64,000 nt of DNA from Botryllus schlosseri (Eukaryota): the NCBI GenBank assembly GCA_051294905.1, contig CM119371.1, forward strand, positions 35,590,001-35,654,000, in the 5' to 3' direction. Positions 26,801 through 38,421 of the stretch are shown here, piece after piece. The stretch's first letter is position 1; each line of letters starts with the position of its first letter. The notes below the pieces were generated by a model. That model worked only from the letters and a program-made list of their open reading frames with translations. It was not told the DNA's origin and ran no database searches. The position numbers were made by a program, and so were the translations under genes.

Positions 26801-29800
26801 CTCTACTTTTTAGAGAAATTGCACGAGTATCATCACCTGGCCAACGTCTTTCGCAAAATTACATGTATAGCTCTCGGATTAAAGACGCCGATATTTCTAT
26901 CTTAGACAAGTGCTCCACTTTTAATCACGTTCACGAGTCGAGGCTTGTCCCAAAGCATAATCGAACCGAGTTTTAGCCAATTCTACCGTCTAGTTCGAGT
27001 CGAATTTCATCTCTACTTTTCAGAGAAATTGCACGAGTATCATCACCTGGCCAACGTCTTCCGCAAAATTACACGTATAGCTCTCGGATTAAAGACGCCG
27101 ATATTTCTATCTTAGACGAGTGCTCCACTTTTAATCACGTTCAGGAGTCGAGGCTTGTCCCAAAGCATAATCGAACCGAGTTTTAGCCAATTCTACCGTC
27201 TAGATCGAGTCGAATATCATCTCTACTTTTCAGAGAAATAGCGCGAGTATCATCACCTGGCTAACGTCTTTCGCAAAATTACACGTATAGCTCTCGGATT
27301 AAAGACGCCGATATTTCTATCTTAGACAAGTGCTCCACTTTTAACCACGTTCAGGAGTCGAGGCTTGTCCCAAAGCATAATCGAACCGAATTTCAGCCAA
27401 TTCTACCGTCTAGTTCGAGTCGAATCTCATCTCTACTTTTCAGAGAAATTGCACGAGTATCATCCCCTGGCCAACGTCTTTCGCAAAATTACACGTATAG
27501 CTCTCGGATTAAAGACGCCGATATTTTTATCTTAGACAAGTGCTCCACTTTTACCCACGTTCAGGAGTCGAGGCTTGTCTCAAAGCATAATCGAACCGAA
27601 TTTCAGCCAATTCTACCGTCTAGTTCGAGTCGAATCTCATCTCTACTTTTCAGAGAAATAGTGCGAGTATCATAACCTGGCCAACGTCTTTCGCGAAATT
27701 ACACGTATAGCTCTCGGATTAAAGATGCCGATATTTCTATCTTAGACAAGTGCTCCACTTTTAACCACGTTCAGGAGTCGAGGCTTGTCCCAAAGCATAA
27801 TCGAACCGAATTTCAGCCAATTCTACCGTCTAGTTCGAGCCAAATTTCATCTCTACTTTTCAGAGAAATTGCACGAGTATCATCACCTGGCCAACGTCTT
27901 TCGCAAAATAACACGTATAGCTCTCGGATTAAAGACGCCGATATTTCTATCTTAGACAAGTGCTCCACTTTTAATCACGTTCAGGAGTCGAGGCTTGTCC
28001 CAAAGCATAATCGAACCGAGTTTTAGCCAATTCTACCGTCTAGTTCGAGTCGAATTTCATCTCTACTTTTCAGAGAAATTGCACGAGTATCATCACCTGG
28101 CAAACGTCTTTCGCAAAATTACACGTATAGCTCTCGGATTAAAGACGCCGATATTTCTATCTTAGACAAGTGCTCCACTTTTAATCACGTTCACGAGTCG
28201 AGGCTTGTCCCTAAGCATAATCGAACCGAGTTTTAGCCAATTCTACCCTCTAGTTCGAGTCGAATTTCATCTCTACTTTTCTGAGAAATTGCACGAGTAT
28301 CATCACCTGGCCAACGTCTTTCGCAAAATTACACGTATAGCTCTCGGATTAAAGACGCCGATATTTCTATCTTAGACAAGTGCTCCACTTTTAATCACGT
28401 TCAGGAGTCGAGGCTTGTCCCAAAGCATAATCGAACCAAGTTTTAGCCAATTCTACCGTCTAGTTCGAGTCGAATTTCATCTCTACTTTTCAGAGAAATT
28501 GCACGAGTATCATCACCTGGCCAACGTCTTCCGCAAAATTACACGTATAGCTCTCGGATTAAAGACGCCGATATTTCTATCTTAGACATGTACTCCACTT
28601 TTAATAACGTTCACGAGTCGAGGCTTGTCCCAAAGCATAATCGAACCGAGTTTTAGCCAATTCTACCGTCTAGTTCGAGTCGAATTTCATCTCTACTTTT
28701 CAGAGAAATTGCACGAGTATCATCACCTGGCCGACGTCTTTCGCAAAATTACACGTATAGCTCTCGGATTAAAGACGCCGATATTTCTATCTTAGACAAG
28801 TGCTCCACTTTTAATCACGTTCAGGAGTCGAGGCTTATCCCAAAGCATAATCGAACCGAGTTTTAGCCAATTCTACCGTCTAGTTAGAGTCGAATTTCAT
28901 CTCTACTTTTCAGAGAAATTGCACGAGTATCATCACCTGGCCAACGTCTTTCGCGAAATTACACGTATAGCTCTCGGATTAAAGACGCCGATATTTCTAT
29001 CTTAGACAAGTGCTCCACTTTTAATCACGTTCAGGAGTCGAGGCTTGTCTCAAAGCATATTCGAACCGAGTTTTAGCCAATTCTACCGTCTAGTTCGAGT
29101 CGAATTTCATCTCTACTTTTCAGAGAAATTGCACGAGTATCATCACCTGGCCAACGTCTTTCGCAAAATTACACGTATAGCTCTCGGATTAAAGACGCCG
29201 ATATTTCTATGTTAGACAAGTGCTCCACTTTTAACCACGTTCAGGAGTCGAGGCTTGTCCCAAAGCATAATCGAACCGAATTTCAGCCAATTCTACCGTC
29301 TAGTTCGAGTCGAATATCATCTCTACTTTTCAGAAATATAGCGCGAGTATCATCACCTGGCTAACGTCTTTCGCAAAATTATACGTATAGCTCTCGGATT
29401 AAAGACGCCGATATTTCTATCTTAGACAAGTGCTCCACTTTTAACCACGTTCAGGAGTCGAGGCTTGTCCCAAAGCATAATGGAACCGAATTTCAGCCAA
29501 TTCTACCGTCTAGTTCGAGACGAATCTCATCTCTACTTTTCAGAGAATTTGCACGAGTATCATCACCTGGCCAACGTCTTCCGCAAAATTACACGTATAG
29601 CTCTCGGATTAAAGACGCCGATATTTCTATCTTAGACAAGTGCTCCACTTTTAATCACGTTCACGAGTCGAGGCTTGTCTCAAAGCATATTCGAACCGAG
29701 TTTTAGCCAATTCTACCGTCTAGTTCGAGTCGAATTTCATCTCTACTTTTCAGAGAAATTGCACGAGTATCATCACCTGGCCAACGTCTTTCGCAAAATT

Positions 29801-32007
29801 ACACGTATAGCTCTCGGATTAAAGACGCCGATATTTCTATCTTAGACAAGTGCTCCACTTTTAATCACGTTCAGGAGTCGAGGCTTGTCCCAAAGCATAA
29901 TCGAACCGAGTTTTAGCCAATTCTACCGTCTAGTTCGAGTCGAATTTCATCTCGACTTTTCAGAGAAATTGCACGAGTATCATCACCTGGCCAACGTCTT
30001 TCGCAAAATTACACGTATAGCTCTCGGATTAGAGACGCCGATATTTCTATCTTAGACAAGTGCTCCACTTTTAATCACGTTCAGGAGTCGAGGCTTGTCC
30101 CAAAGCATAATCGAACCGAGTTTTAGCCAATTCTACAGTCTAGTTCGAGTCGAATTTCATCTCTACTTTTCAGAGAAATTGCACGAGTATCATCACCTGG
30201 CCGACGTCTTTCGCAAAATTACACGTATAGCTCTCGGATTAAAGACGCCGATATTTCTATCTTAGACAAGTGCTCCACTTTTAACCACGTTCAGGAGTCG
30301 AGGCTTGTCCCAAAGCATAATCGAACCGAATTTCAGCCAATTCTACCGTCTAGTTCGAGTCGAATATCATCTCTACTTTTCAGAGAAATAGCGCGAGTAT
30401 CATCACCTGGCTAACGTCTTTCGCAAAATTACACGTATAGCTCTCGGATTAAAGACGCCGATATTTCTATCTTAGACAAGTGCTCCACTTTTAATCACGT
30501 TCAGGAGTCGAGGCTTGTCCCAAAGCATAATCGAACCGAGTTTTAGCCAATTCTACCGTCTAGTTCGAGTCGAATTTCATCTCTACTTTTCAGAGAAATT
30601 GCACGAGTATCATCACCTGGCCAACGTCTTTCGCAAAATTACACGTATAGCTCTCGGATTAAAGACGCCGATATTTTTATCTTAGACAAGTGCTCAACTT
30701 TTAATCACGTTCAGGAGTCGAGGCTTGTCCCAAAGCATAATCGAACCGAGTTTTAGCCAATTCTACCGTCTAGTTCGAGTCGAATTTCATCTCTACTTTT
30801 CAGAGAAATTGCACGAGTATCATCACCTGGCCAACGTCTTTCGCAAAATTACACGTATAGCTCTCGGATTAAAGACGCCGATATTTCTATCTTAGACAAG
30901 TGCTCCACTTTTAATCACGTTCACGAGTCGAGGCTTGTCCCAAAGCATAATCGAACCGAGTTTTGGCCAATTCTACCGTCTAGTTCGAGTCGAATTTCAT
31001 CTCTACTTTTCAGAGAAATAGCACGAGTATCATCACCTGGCCAACGTCTTTAGCAAAATTACACGTATAGCTCTCGGATTGAAGACGCCGATATTTCTAT
31101 CTTAGACAAGTGCTCCACTTTTAACCACGTTCAGGAGTCGAGGCTTGTCCCAAAGCATAATCGAACCGAATTTCAGCCAATTCTACCGTCTAGTTCGAGT
31201 CGAATCTCATCTCTACTTTTCAGAGAAATTGCGCGAGTATCATCACCTGGCCAACGTCTTTCGCAAAATTACACGTATAGCTGTCGGATTAAAGACGCCG
31301 ATATTTCTTTTTTAGACAAGTGCTCCACTTTTAACCACGTTCACGAGTCGAGGCTTGTCCCAAAGCATAATCGAACCGAGTTTTAGCCAATTCTACCGTC
31401 TTGTTCGAGTCGAATTTCATCTCTACTTTTCAGAGAAATTGCACGAGTATCATCACCTGGCCAACATCTTTCGCAAAATTACACGTATAGCTCTTGGATT
31501 AGAGACGCCGATATTTCTATCTTAGACGAGTGCTCCACTTTTAATCACGTTCAGGAGTCGAGGCTTGTCCCAAAGCATAATCGAACCGAGTTTTAGCCAA
31601 TTCTACCGTCTAGTTCGAGTCGAATTTCATCTCTACTTTTCAGAGAAATTGCACGAGTATCATCACCTGGCCGACGTCTTTCGCAAAATTACACGTATAG
31701 CTCTCGGATTAAAGACGCCGATATTTCTATCTTAGACAAGTGCTCCACTTTTAACCACGTTCAGGAGTCGAGGCTTGTCCCAAAGCATAATCGAACCGAA
31801 TTTCAGCCAATTCTACCGTCTAGTTCGAGTCGAATCTCATCTCTACTTTTCAGAGAAATAGCGCGAGTATCATCACCTCGCCAATGTTTGTCGAAAAAAG
31901 CAAAGCATAATGCACACGACGATTGAAAATTGTATTTTTATTGCACAGAAAATGAAAGGATTGCTTTCCGAATATGAATAGCAGTCAACAATACCGAAAC
32001 ATTATAT

Positions 32008-33159
32008 TCAGGAAGTACTGGATTTTTCACATTCAGAACAAAACCATAGAAAAGATGGTTCACTCCAAACACCATTCGGAATCGGTTGAGGATGGCATTC
32101 ACCATGATACCATGTGTCACATGCATCGCATTTTACCATTTCAGGTTGGGAATGGGCATAAGGCAACTTGCATATACAAAATACTGGCAGGTTTATAGCG
32201 GAGAAGGGGATTGGTGCTGGATCCACGACAAAGAAATCCAGTAAATCGACATGATCTCTTTCAATCATTGTGAGGCACTTCTGCCGAAGTTGCTGCTCAT
32301 ACACCACCGTTTCTGGATTGAACCCAAAACACAGGCTTATGGCATTGGCTATAGCGAAGACACCGCAATCACTACTATTACTTTGCTGTTGGACCCTTGG
32401 AAATAGTATGCTGAGAGTGCTCGAACGCGGTCTACACAGCATTCCGATCGAACATATAGTTTCATCGTTATATGCCGAAGAATTGTAGGCGGAATCATAC
32501 ACGCATATCTGGCCATCTTCACAAAACATATTCGAAACGGTGACCCAATGATTGTTATTTATATTAACTATTTGGATAAATTTTGATTCCTGTGCTGGCG
32601 CGTAGACCAGTCCCGCACGGTCCCGACTATAATACCCGCAAGACGTCAATCCATCTACTTCAGGAAATTGTGTATTCATCATTGACATGAAATGATCCAT
32701 GGTGTCGCTATTTAGCCACTCAGTTGGAGAAAGCAGAATATTACGGCATTGATCAATTCGGCATAATCTAGGCGCACGGGTCCGGATCATTTCAAAACGG
32801 CTTGCAAGGGGTGGAGCAGGCTCGTCACCAATCACCTCAATTTCGGCCGTCCTTTCGAAGCCGCGAAGTTTCGTTTTCGGCGACTGTAAATATCGTCCAA
32901 ACATGTTTTTCGGTTTTTCAGCTCTACCTCTCTTTTTCCAAATTTCAATTTCTGGCTCGGCACATGCGGTAACTCGTTTTTTTCTTCGTTCCGCCTTCCT
33001 TTTTTTGTCGCGGAATGCAGAAATGTTATCATAATACTGGCGAATTAAGGCCGTATTCAGCTCGTCATACACTTTTGCAATTTCAGCCAAGTTAGAAAAT
33101 TTTCGTCCTGGCATTCTCGTGGTTTTCAATTCCTGATTTGACTTTTCACATACAATCAC
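32008..33159 (-). CDS. Ulp1/peptidase C48-like (SUMO/ubiquitin-like) cysteine protease with C-terminal PHD finger; probably the 3' part of a transposon-encoded protein
   Basis: WLNSDTMD, QIVNINNNHWVTVSN (His), VYDS (Asp), QQQSNSSDCGVFAIANA (Gln/Cys); C-terminal CIC…CDAC…YHGEC…WFCSEC is a C4HC3 PHD pattern; AATAAA on the minus strand at 31937-31942; ORF opens at GTG straight after a stop, so the true start is uncertain. Confidence 0.85.
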   Translation of the reverse strand: MIVCEKSNQELKTTRMPGRKFSNLAEIAKVYDELNTALIRQYYDNISAFRDKKRKAERRKKRVTACAEPEIEIWKKRGRAEKPKNMFGRYLQSPKTKLRGFERTAEIEVIGDEPAPPLASRFEMIRTRAPRLCRIDQCRNILLSPTEWLNSDTMDHFMSMMNTQFPEVDGLTSCGYYSRDRAGLVYAPAQESKFIQIVNINNNHWVTVSNMFCEDGQICVYDSAYNSSAYNDETICSIGMLCRPRSSTLSILFPRVQQQSNSSDCGVFAIANAISLCFGFNPETVVYEQQLRQKCLTMIERDHVDLLDFFVVDPAPIPFSAINLPVFCICKLPYAHSQPEMVKCDACDTWYHGECHPQPIPNGVWSEPSFLWFCSECEKSSTS

Positions 33160-34501
33160 TCAGCCCACCACTATCCAAGGTTTCTGGTCCGTTTCGCCGC
33201 CGTATTTCGGAAAAAGCCAGACGCGGACGCCAAATAAACACAGAAAAACCCATACCCTATATTTCACTCATATTTTGTTAAAGTGATATATATACATTTC
33301 GGTCTAGCACTGTCTACGTGCAGATTATGAGAGCATCATAACCGAGGAAGTGAAAGTGCTGATTTCGAGAATGTCCCGATGTATTCAGTTGAAACACCTT
33401 GCTTTGCAACAATGCATACCAAACGTAGTCAAAAACATGATATATTTTGTTCGTGAGCATTTTCAACGTAGCCTAAAGCTAACCACGTACTAGATGTCCA
33501 CATTCAAGTCGAAATACAAGCAATTACTACTAAATAAATACAGTCCATCCTCAAGATTACCGGATCACGACTGACCTATCGATCTCGCTTCCCATGACAT
33601 GCCGCCCTATTTCTTGTCGCTTTCTTTTTCTATACTGTATTCTTTACTTTCATTCAGTGTGCATGCCTCCTCTTTACTACGCCTAGGCCAAGGTGGGTGT
33701 CCGATTCCATTGACAAATCCAAGTCGCTTCGACATCTTCCTGTCTATTCAGTGTATCGCATTTTTTGTGGTGTATTGAAGTGATAAAATTGCTAATAAAC
33801 CAATGATGATGATGATGATGTCGATAATAAATCTGGCGGCCCGTAGCGACTATCACGTTCGGAAAGTGGAGCGGTGGTTGGTAAGGCCAGTCATTCAAGT
33901 CATAAATCGTTTCATTTGCAACACAACGTTGCCATTGACTTTCCCTAAAGCTCTGATAAAAACCCAGGAGTGCCATGTCTGTTCTGGACCCCAATTGTGG
34001 AACAGCATCTCGACAGTCGTCGAGCATGTCCGCATTCAAGTTAAATCACAGGCACTGTTCCCTGTAAGCTGAGTACGTGCAGACTGCACAGTGCTGAGAC
34101 GGTATCTGCGCACAAAAATCGGAACTGATGATTTTAGAACTATTGCCCAGGGTTTGTGCAGTGAGTTGGTGAGTGTGCGCAGGCTGATTTCAGGCAATTT
34201 CTTCTAAACGAATACTAGTTGGCCTTCAGGATTACCGGAGCCATGTCACCTTCATTTTGTCGCTTACGTCTCATACTCGCTGCAGTACCTAAATGTAATT
34301 TAAACTGACATCACAGCCTACGTCCATCAATGCTAAATAATGCTCTAATCTTCCTTCATACATTTTATTTGAAAAGAATTTGAACGAAATTTTGATGAAC
34401 AATATTCTTGGTGTACATCCATCGTACCATGTCTTTGACAACTTTCGCTCCCCATGATTTGTACCCTGCAAACAAGACGAAGAGTTTAGGCGCCTTCATC
34501 C

Positions 34502-34711
34502 TAGGGTTGTATTGGCTCGAGTCAATCTGACTCAGGAGTCACCAAGCCAAGACCGACATTTCACTGTAACCACACTATCGGGATTTCGTCCATTGCTACT
34601 ATGTACTTGAAAATGCGCTCAGAAACTGATGAAAGTGAGGATAATTTGTATATTGTAAATCAAAACCATTCAATATCAACAAACAGGGTTATCGTCTTAT
34701 CAAAAGTGGCT
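34502..34711. mobile_element. Truncated copy of the GACTCGAGTC-rich MITE family, cut off by the inverted satellite copies
   Basis: Starts TAGGGTTG; GCCAAGACCGACATTTCA…GTACTTGAAAATGCG…AAATCAAAA matches 49390-49560 and the reverse complement of the 38422-38859 copy. Confidence 0.75.
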
Positions 34712-35308
34712 TATCGGCGTCTTTAATCCGAGAGCTATACGTGTAATTTTGCGAAAGACGTTGGCCAGGTGATGATACTCGTGCAATTTCTCTGAAAAGT
34801 AGAGATGAAATTCGACTCGAACTAGACGGTAGAATTGGCTAAAACTCGGTTCGATTATGCTTTGGGACAAGCCTCGACTCCTGAACGTGATTAAAAGTGG
34901 AGCACTTGTCTAAGGTAGAAATATCGGCGTCTTTAATCCGAGAGCTATACGTGTAATTTTGCGAAAGACGTTGGCCAGGTGATGATAATCGTGCAATTTC
35001 TCTGAAAAGTATAGATGAAATTCGACTCGAACTAGACGGTAGAATTGGTTAAAACTCGGTTCGATTATGCTTTGGGACAAGCCTCGACTCCTGAACGTGA
35101 TTAAAAGTGGAGCACTTGTCTAAGATAGAAATATCGGCGTCTTTAATCCGAGAGCTATACGTGTAATTTTGCGAAAGACGTTGGCCAGGTGATGATACTC
35201 GTGCAATTTCTCTGAAAAGTAGAGATGAAATTCGACTCGAACTAGACGGTAGAATTGGCAGAAATTCGCTTCGATCATGCTTTGGGACAAGCCTCGACTC
35301 CTGAACGT
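34712..35308 (-). repeat. ~2.8 copies of the 210-bp satellite monomer in inverted orientation
   Basis: TATCGGCGTCTTTAATCCGAGAGCTATACGTGT… is the reverse complement of the array monomer, with 210-bp period. Confidence 0.98.
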
Positions 35309-35920
35309 CTTCTTGCGTACTGTACTTGGTTGAAATAATACTTGCAATAAATCATAGTTGTCTGTTTTGGACATGTTTTACGCGACAGATCTGCATAAAA
35401 TTTGGTATGGACAGAGTTGTATATACGTTTTATCTTGTGTCAACTGTCAGTGTCCAAATCCGGATACAATATCCGGATACGCCATTGTTCGATCATTTTG
35501 GTGATACAACCGTTCATGTTGTTTCATGTCACATTTGGTGGGTACCCTTCGATTTGTGTGATAGAATTTTGTGTGATAACTTCACTCTGGTGTCCTATTG
35601 GGTGTTCCTTTCTTGACAGTTGATTCGGCCATATTTTAAGAGACCGGTTTTGTTTTATAATTGGTCTACGCCTACGGTGCAATTCTTTCATCAGAGTTCG
35701 TGCTTGACTGAGTACATGAAATGCTATCAACACTTCGTTGAATTGAATCAGAATAGCCTATATTGTGTTATACCGTCCAACCGTGCATCCTGGGGTCATG
35801 ACCTCAGAAATCTTGTAACCATGTAGGCTACTGTGTAACAGGGAGAGATTTGTAACCTTGAAACTGGAATCACCGGGATAGTGGCATTTGAGTGACCAAA
35901 TCAAGGTTTAAGCCCTAGTT

Positions 35921-36777
35921 CAGTGGTTGTCAACCGGGGGTCCGCGGAGCATTTTCAGTAGGTCCGCAAGGCCTCTAAATTTACAAAATAGCTTGTAACC
36001 GAATTTGTATTTTTTGAATTAGGAAAATCACGAGTCAGTTTCACTTCATTACTAGTAAAACTCCAGAACTCACATCAACAAAATGGCCGTCTGAGATGAA
36101 ACATACTACTGCATATAGACTCATTTTAATTGGCAAATTGCCAGTTGCCAATACTGATACAAACCTTTTGCTCTTTAGAGATGTTGTGTTAGGTATTGTG
36201 GAATATATAGAAGTTGGATTAGTAAGATTAATTACGGTAACTTCGAAATGTTTACAAAAATCCATTTCTCCTATGATATAGCCTACATAACCATTTTCCA
36301 TAATAATTTCAAGATAAACTGCTATATCTAATGATCGGGCTTGACGTTATATGCTTATTACAAAAACTTGTTTGTGAATTGTGGTGCCATATATTTTTTG
36401 CGATCATACCCAAATGTGTCGTCGAAGGGTGGCGTTATTATTACATTCACCACCACCTATCTTTGTGGAAATGGATTTTCGGCACTCGTTCATAATAAAT
36501 CAACGGCGCAGATTTTCAAGACACGACCCGGTATTTCAAGAAATGCATTTGCAGAATTCGCTTTGAAATAATAAAAGTCAACTCAATTTCTACATAAATA
36601 GTAGCCTACAGTGTTACTTTCAAGAAAAGTCATTTTGTTACTGTTTATCACTAGCGTACAGTTATTATTTGCACACGACAGATGACGATTGCATGATAAT
36701 TGAGGTAAATTTGAACTAACGGGGGTCCGTGACAGTCCAAAAGGGGTCCACGAATCCAGAAAGGTTGAGAACCACTG
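35921..36777. mobile_element. Non-autonomous hAT-type element (MITE)
   Basis: TIRs CAGTGGTTGTCAACC / GGTTGAGAACCACTG; 8-bp TSD CCCTAGTT / CTCTAGTT; GGGGTCC subterminal motifs. Confidence 0.8.
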
Positions 36778-37170
36778 CTCTAGTTGCTAGTCATAAAGTT
36801 TCTATACTGAAATATTGGGTCTGAAGTTCTTCCTTATCCACAACATGACTATCACCAATCAGTGTTCCCCATAAACATGTTGTGAGAAAATGATATTTTC
36901 AAGGTTTTGTTCTTCCCACGGAGTGCCTATACGCAGTTCAATTTATGCGCCAGTTATTTATAGTGATGTATTAGATGTGTAGTTTGATGTGTGATGTGGT
37001 AGGATTTTGTGACTGAGCATAAATTTTGGGTTCCCGGAAGGCACACAGATTAGTGTAAAGGTCGGCTACCCCTGTTTATTGAAGTTTATAAACTACTGTA
37101 TCAGACGAATACATTCTTGGTCAAAAATTTTATTAAATGTGTTATGTTTCAGAACTAGTCTATTCGTGCC

Positions 37171-38220
37171 ATGGCCAAAGCTAGTCTCCTGTCTCGTTTC
37201 CAAGGCTGCCTGCTGGGAGCGGTATTCGGAGACTGCCTCGGAGCTAAATTCGAAAGAGAATGGACCGAGATACCTTACGACAAAGTGATCGCGTACATGA
37301 ACAAAATCATCAAAAAAGTCGGACAGGAAAAGTTGGAAAAGGGATCCGTGTTTTACACCGACGACTCGTGTATGACTTTTGACCTTGCAAAGTCGCTAGT
37401 AGGGAACAGAAAATACGATGCTGCTGACGTAGCCAAGAATTTTAGCGAGACATATTTCAGTCAACCCACACATCGCTCGTATGGTGGAAATGTCGCCTTT
37501 GTGTTTTTTTCTTTGAAACAAATGAATTATGCTGGCGATGTATACCGGCCCGCGCGAGAGCAATTTGACGGTTCCGGTTCCTACGGTAATGGATCGGCAA
37601 TGAGAGTATCACCAGTTCCGTTGTTTCATCACAATAACATACCGAGTATTGTCGAGTTATCTTGCGAACAGTCGAAATTAACGCACACGCATCCACTCGG
37701 GATAAACGGAGCTATATTACAAAGTCTAGCCATTGAAAAAGCGCTGTTATGTGAAGAAAGCGTTGGTGGACTTGATCCTATCAAATTTTGCTCCGATTTG
37801 ATACAGCAATACAAAGATGTCACCACAGTCGAGGATGACAAGCATGTTTACGAGGGTCAGCTCGGTCATATTATAAGATACCTCAAATCTACGGAACTAG
37901 TGAAAGCCAAAGAGATCAACGAACGTATCGGATCTGATGTAACAGCTCAAAAAGCAGTTCCAGCTGCTATATTCGCTTTTCTGTACACTCTGGACGCAAA
38001 GCGCATTCCGCAGCTTACAAAATTCAATGGATTTCTACGTGCTGTCATATTCGCCGTGGGCTTCAGTGAAGATTGCGACACGGTGGGGTCTATGGCCGCT
38101 GCTATTGCTGGAGCCTATTACGGTGTTGATATGATCCCGAAGGAATGGACGTTTGCTTGTGAAGGCGGCACGGAAGCATTGGAGCTTGCCGAGCAATTGT
38201 ACGATTTGCATTTAAAGTAG
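37171..38220 (+). CDS. ADPRS: ADP-ribosylglycohydrolase, ARH3/ADPRHL2-like
   Basis: 349 aa uninterrupted ORF; RFQGCLLGAVFGDCLGAKFE, YTDD, QFDGSGSYGNGSAMR, THTHPLG, DCDTVGSMAAAIAGAYYG; ARH3 subfamily assigned from the QFxGxGSYGNG motif; possible splice acceptor TTTCAG ending at 37152 in the 5' UTR. Confidence 0.88.
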   Translation: MAKASLLSRFQGCLLGAVFGDCLGAKFEREWTEIPYDKVIAYMNKIIKKVGQEKLEKGSVFYTDDSCMTFDLAKSLVGNRKYDAADVAKNFSETYFSQPTHRSYGGNVAFVFFSLKQMNYAGDVYRPAREQFDGSGSYGNGSAMRVSPVPLFHHNNIPSIVELSCEQSKLTHTHPLGINGAILQSLAIEKALLCEESVGGLDPIKFCSDLIQQYKDVTTVEDDKHVYEGQLGHIIRYLKSTELVKAKEINERIGSDVTAQKAVPAAIFAFLYTLDAKRIPQLTKFNGFLRAVIFAVGFSEDCDTVGSMAAAIAGAYYGVDMIPKEWTFACEGGTEALELAEQLYDLHLK

Positions 38221-38421
38221 CTGAATCGTGAGATCGTCAATGACGAAATTCTGCTGCTTTTTTTCAAGTATTCAAATAGGTTTTGCTGACTGACGTACTC
38301 AGAGGTTATTATGTTTTTTGACTACTCGCACTTTCACCTAAACAATTTTATGGCAAAACAGCTCGCGTTGTACAATTTGTATTTTTTTTTAGTTCGAAGT
38401 AGTTTTGGGATAAATTTGTAT

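Larger units (their letters stand above)
1..31888 (+). repeat. 210-bp tandem satellite array (~125 monomers; continues past the left window edge), interrupted by a LINE at 402-5827
   Basis: Monomer (…ACACGTATAGCTCTCGGATTAAAGACGCCGATATTTCTATCTTAGACAAGTGCTCCACTTTTAATCACGTTC…) recurs every 210 bp with only a few substitutions per unit; the last unit degrades at ~31880. Confidence 0.99.

Noticed and set aside
1..31888. CRISPR array
   Set aside because: Units are wholly repeated with no unique spacers, there are no cas genes and the context is eukaryotic
33803..33822. Poly-Met / poly-His ORF segments
   Set aside because: Caused by a short (ATG)n microsatellite
37171..38220. Bacterial DraG-like gene acquired horizontally
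   Set aside because: Motifs (QFxGxGSYGNG, THxxxLG) fit animal ARH3 better; lack of introns alone is not evidence of transfer
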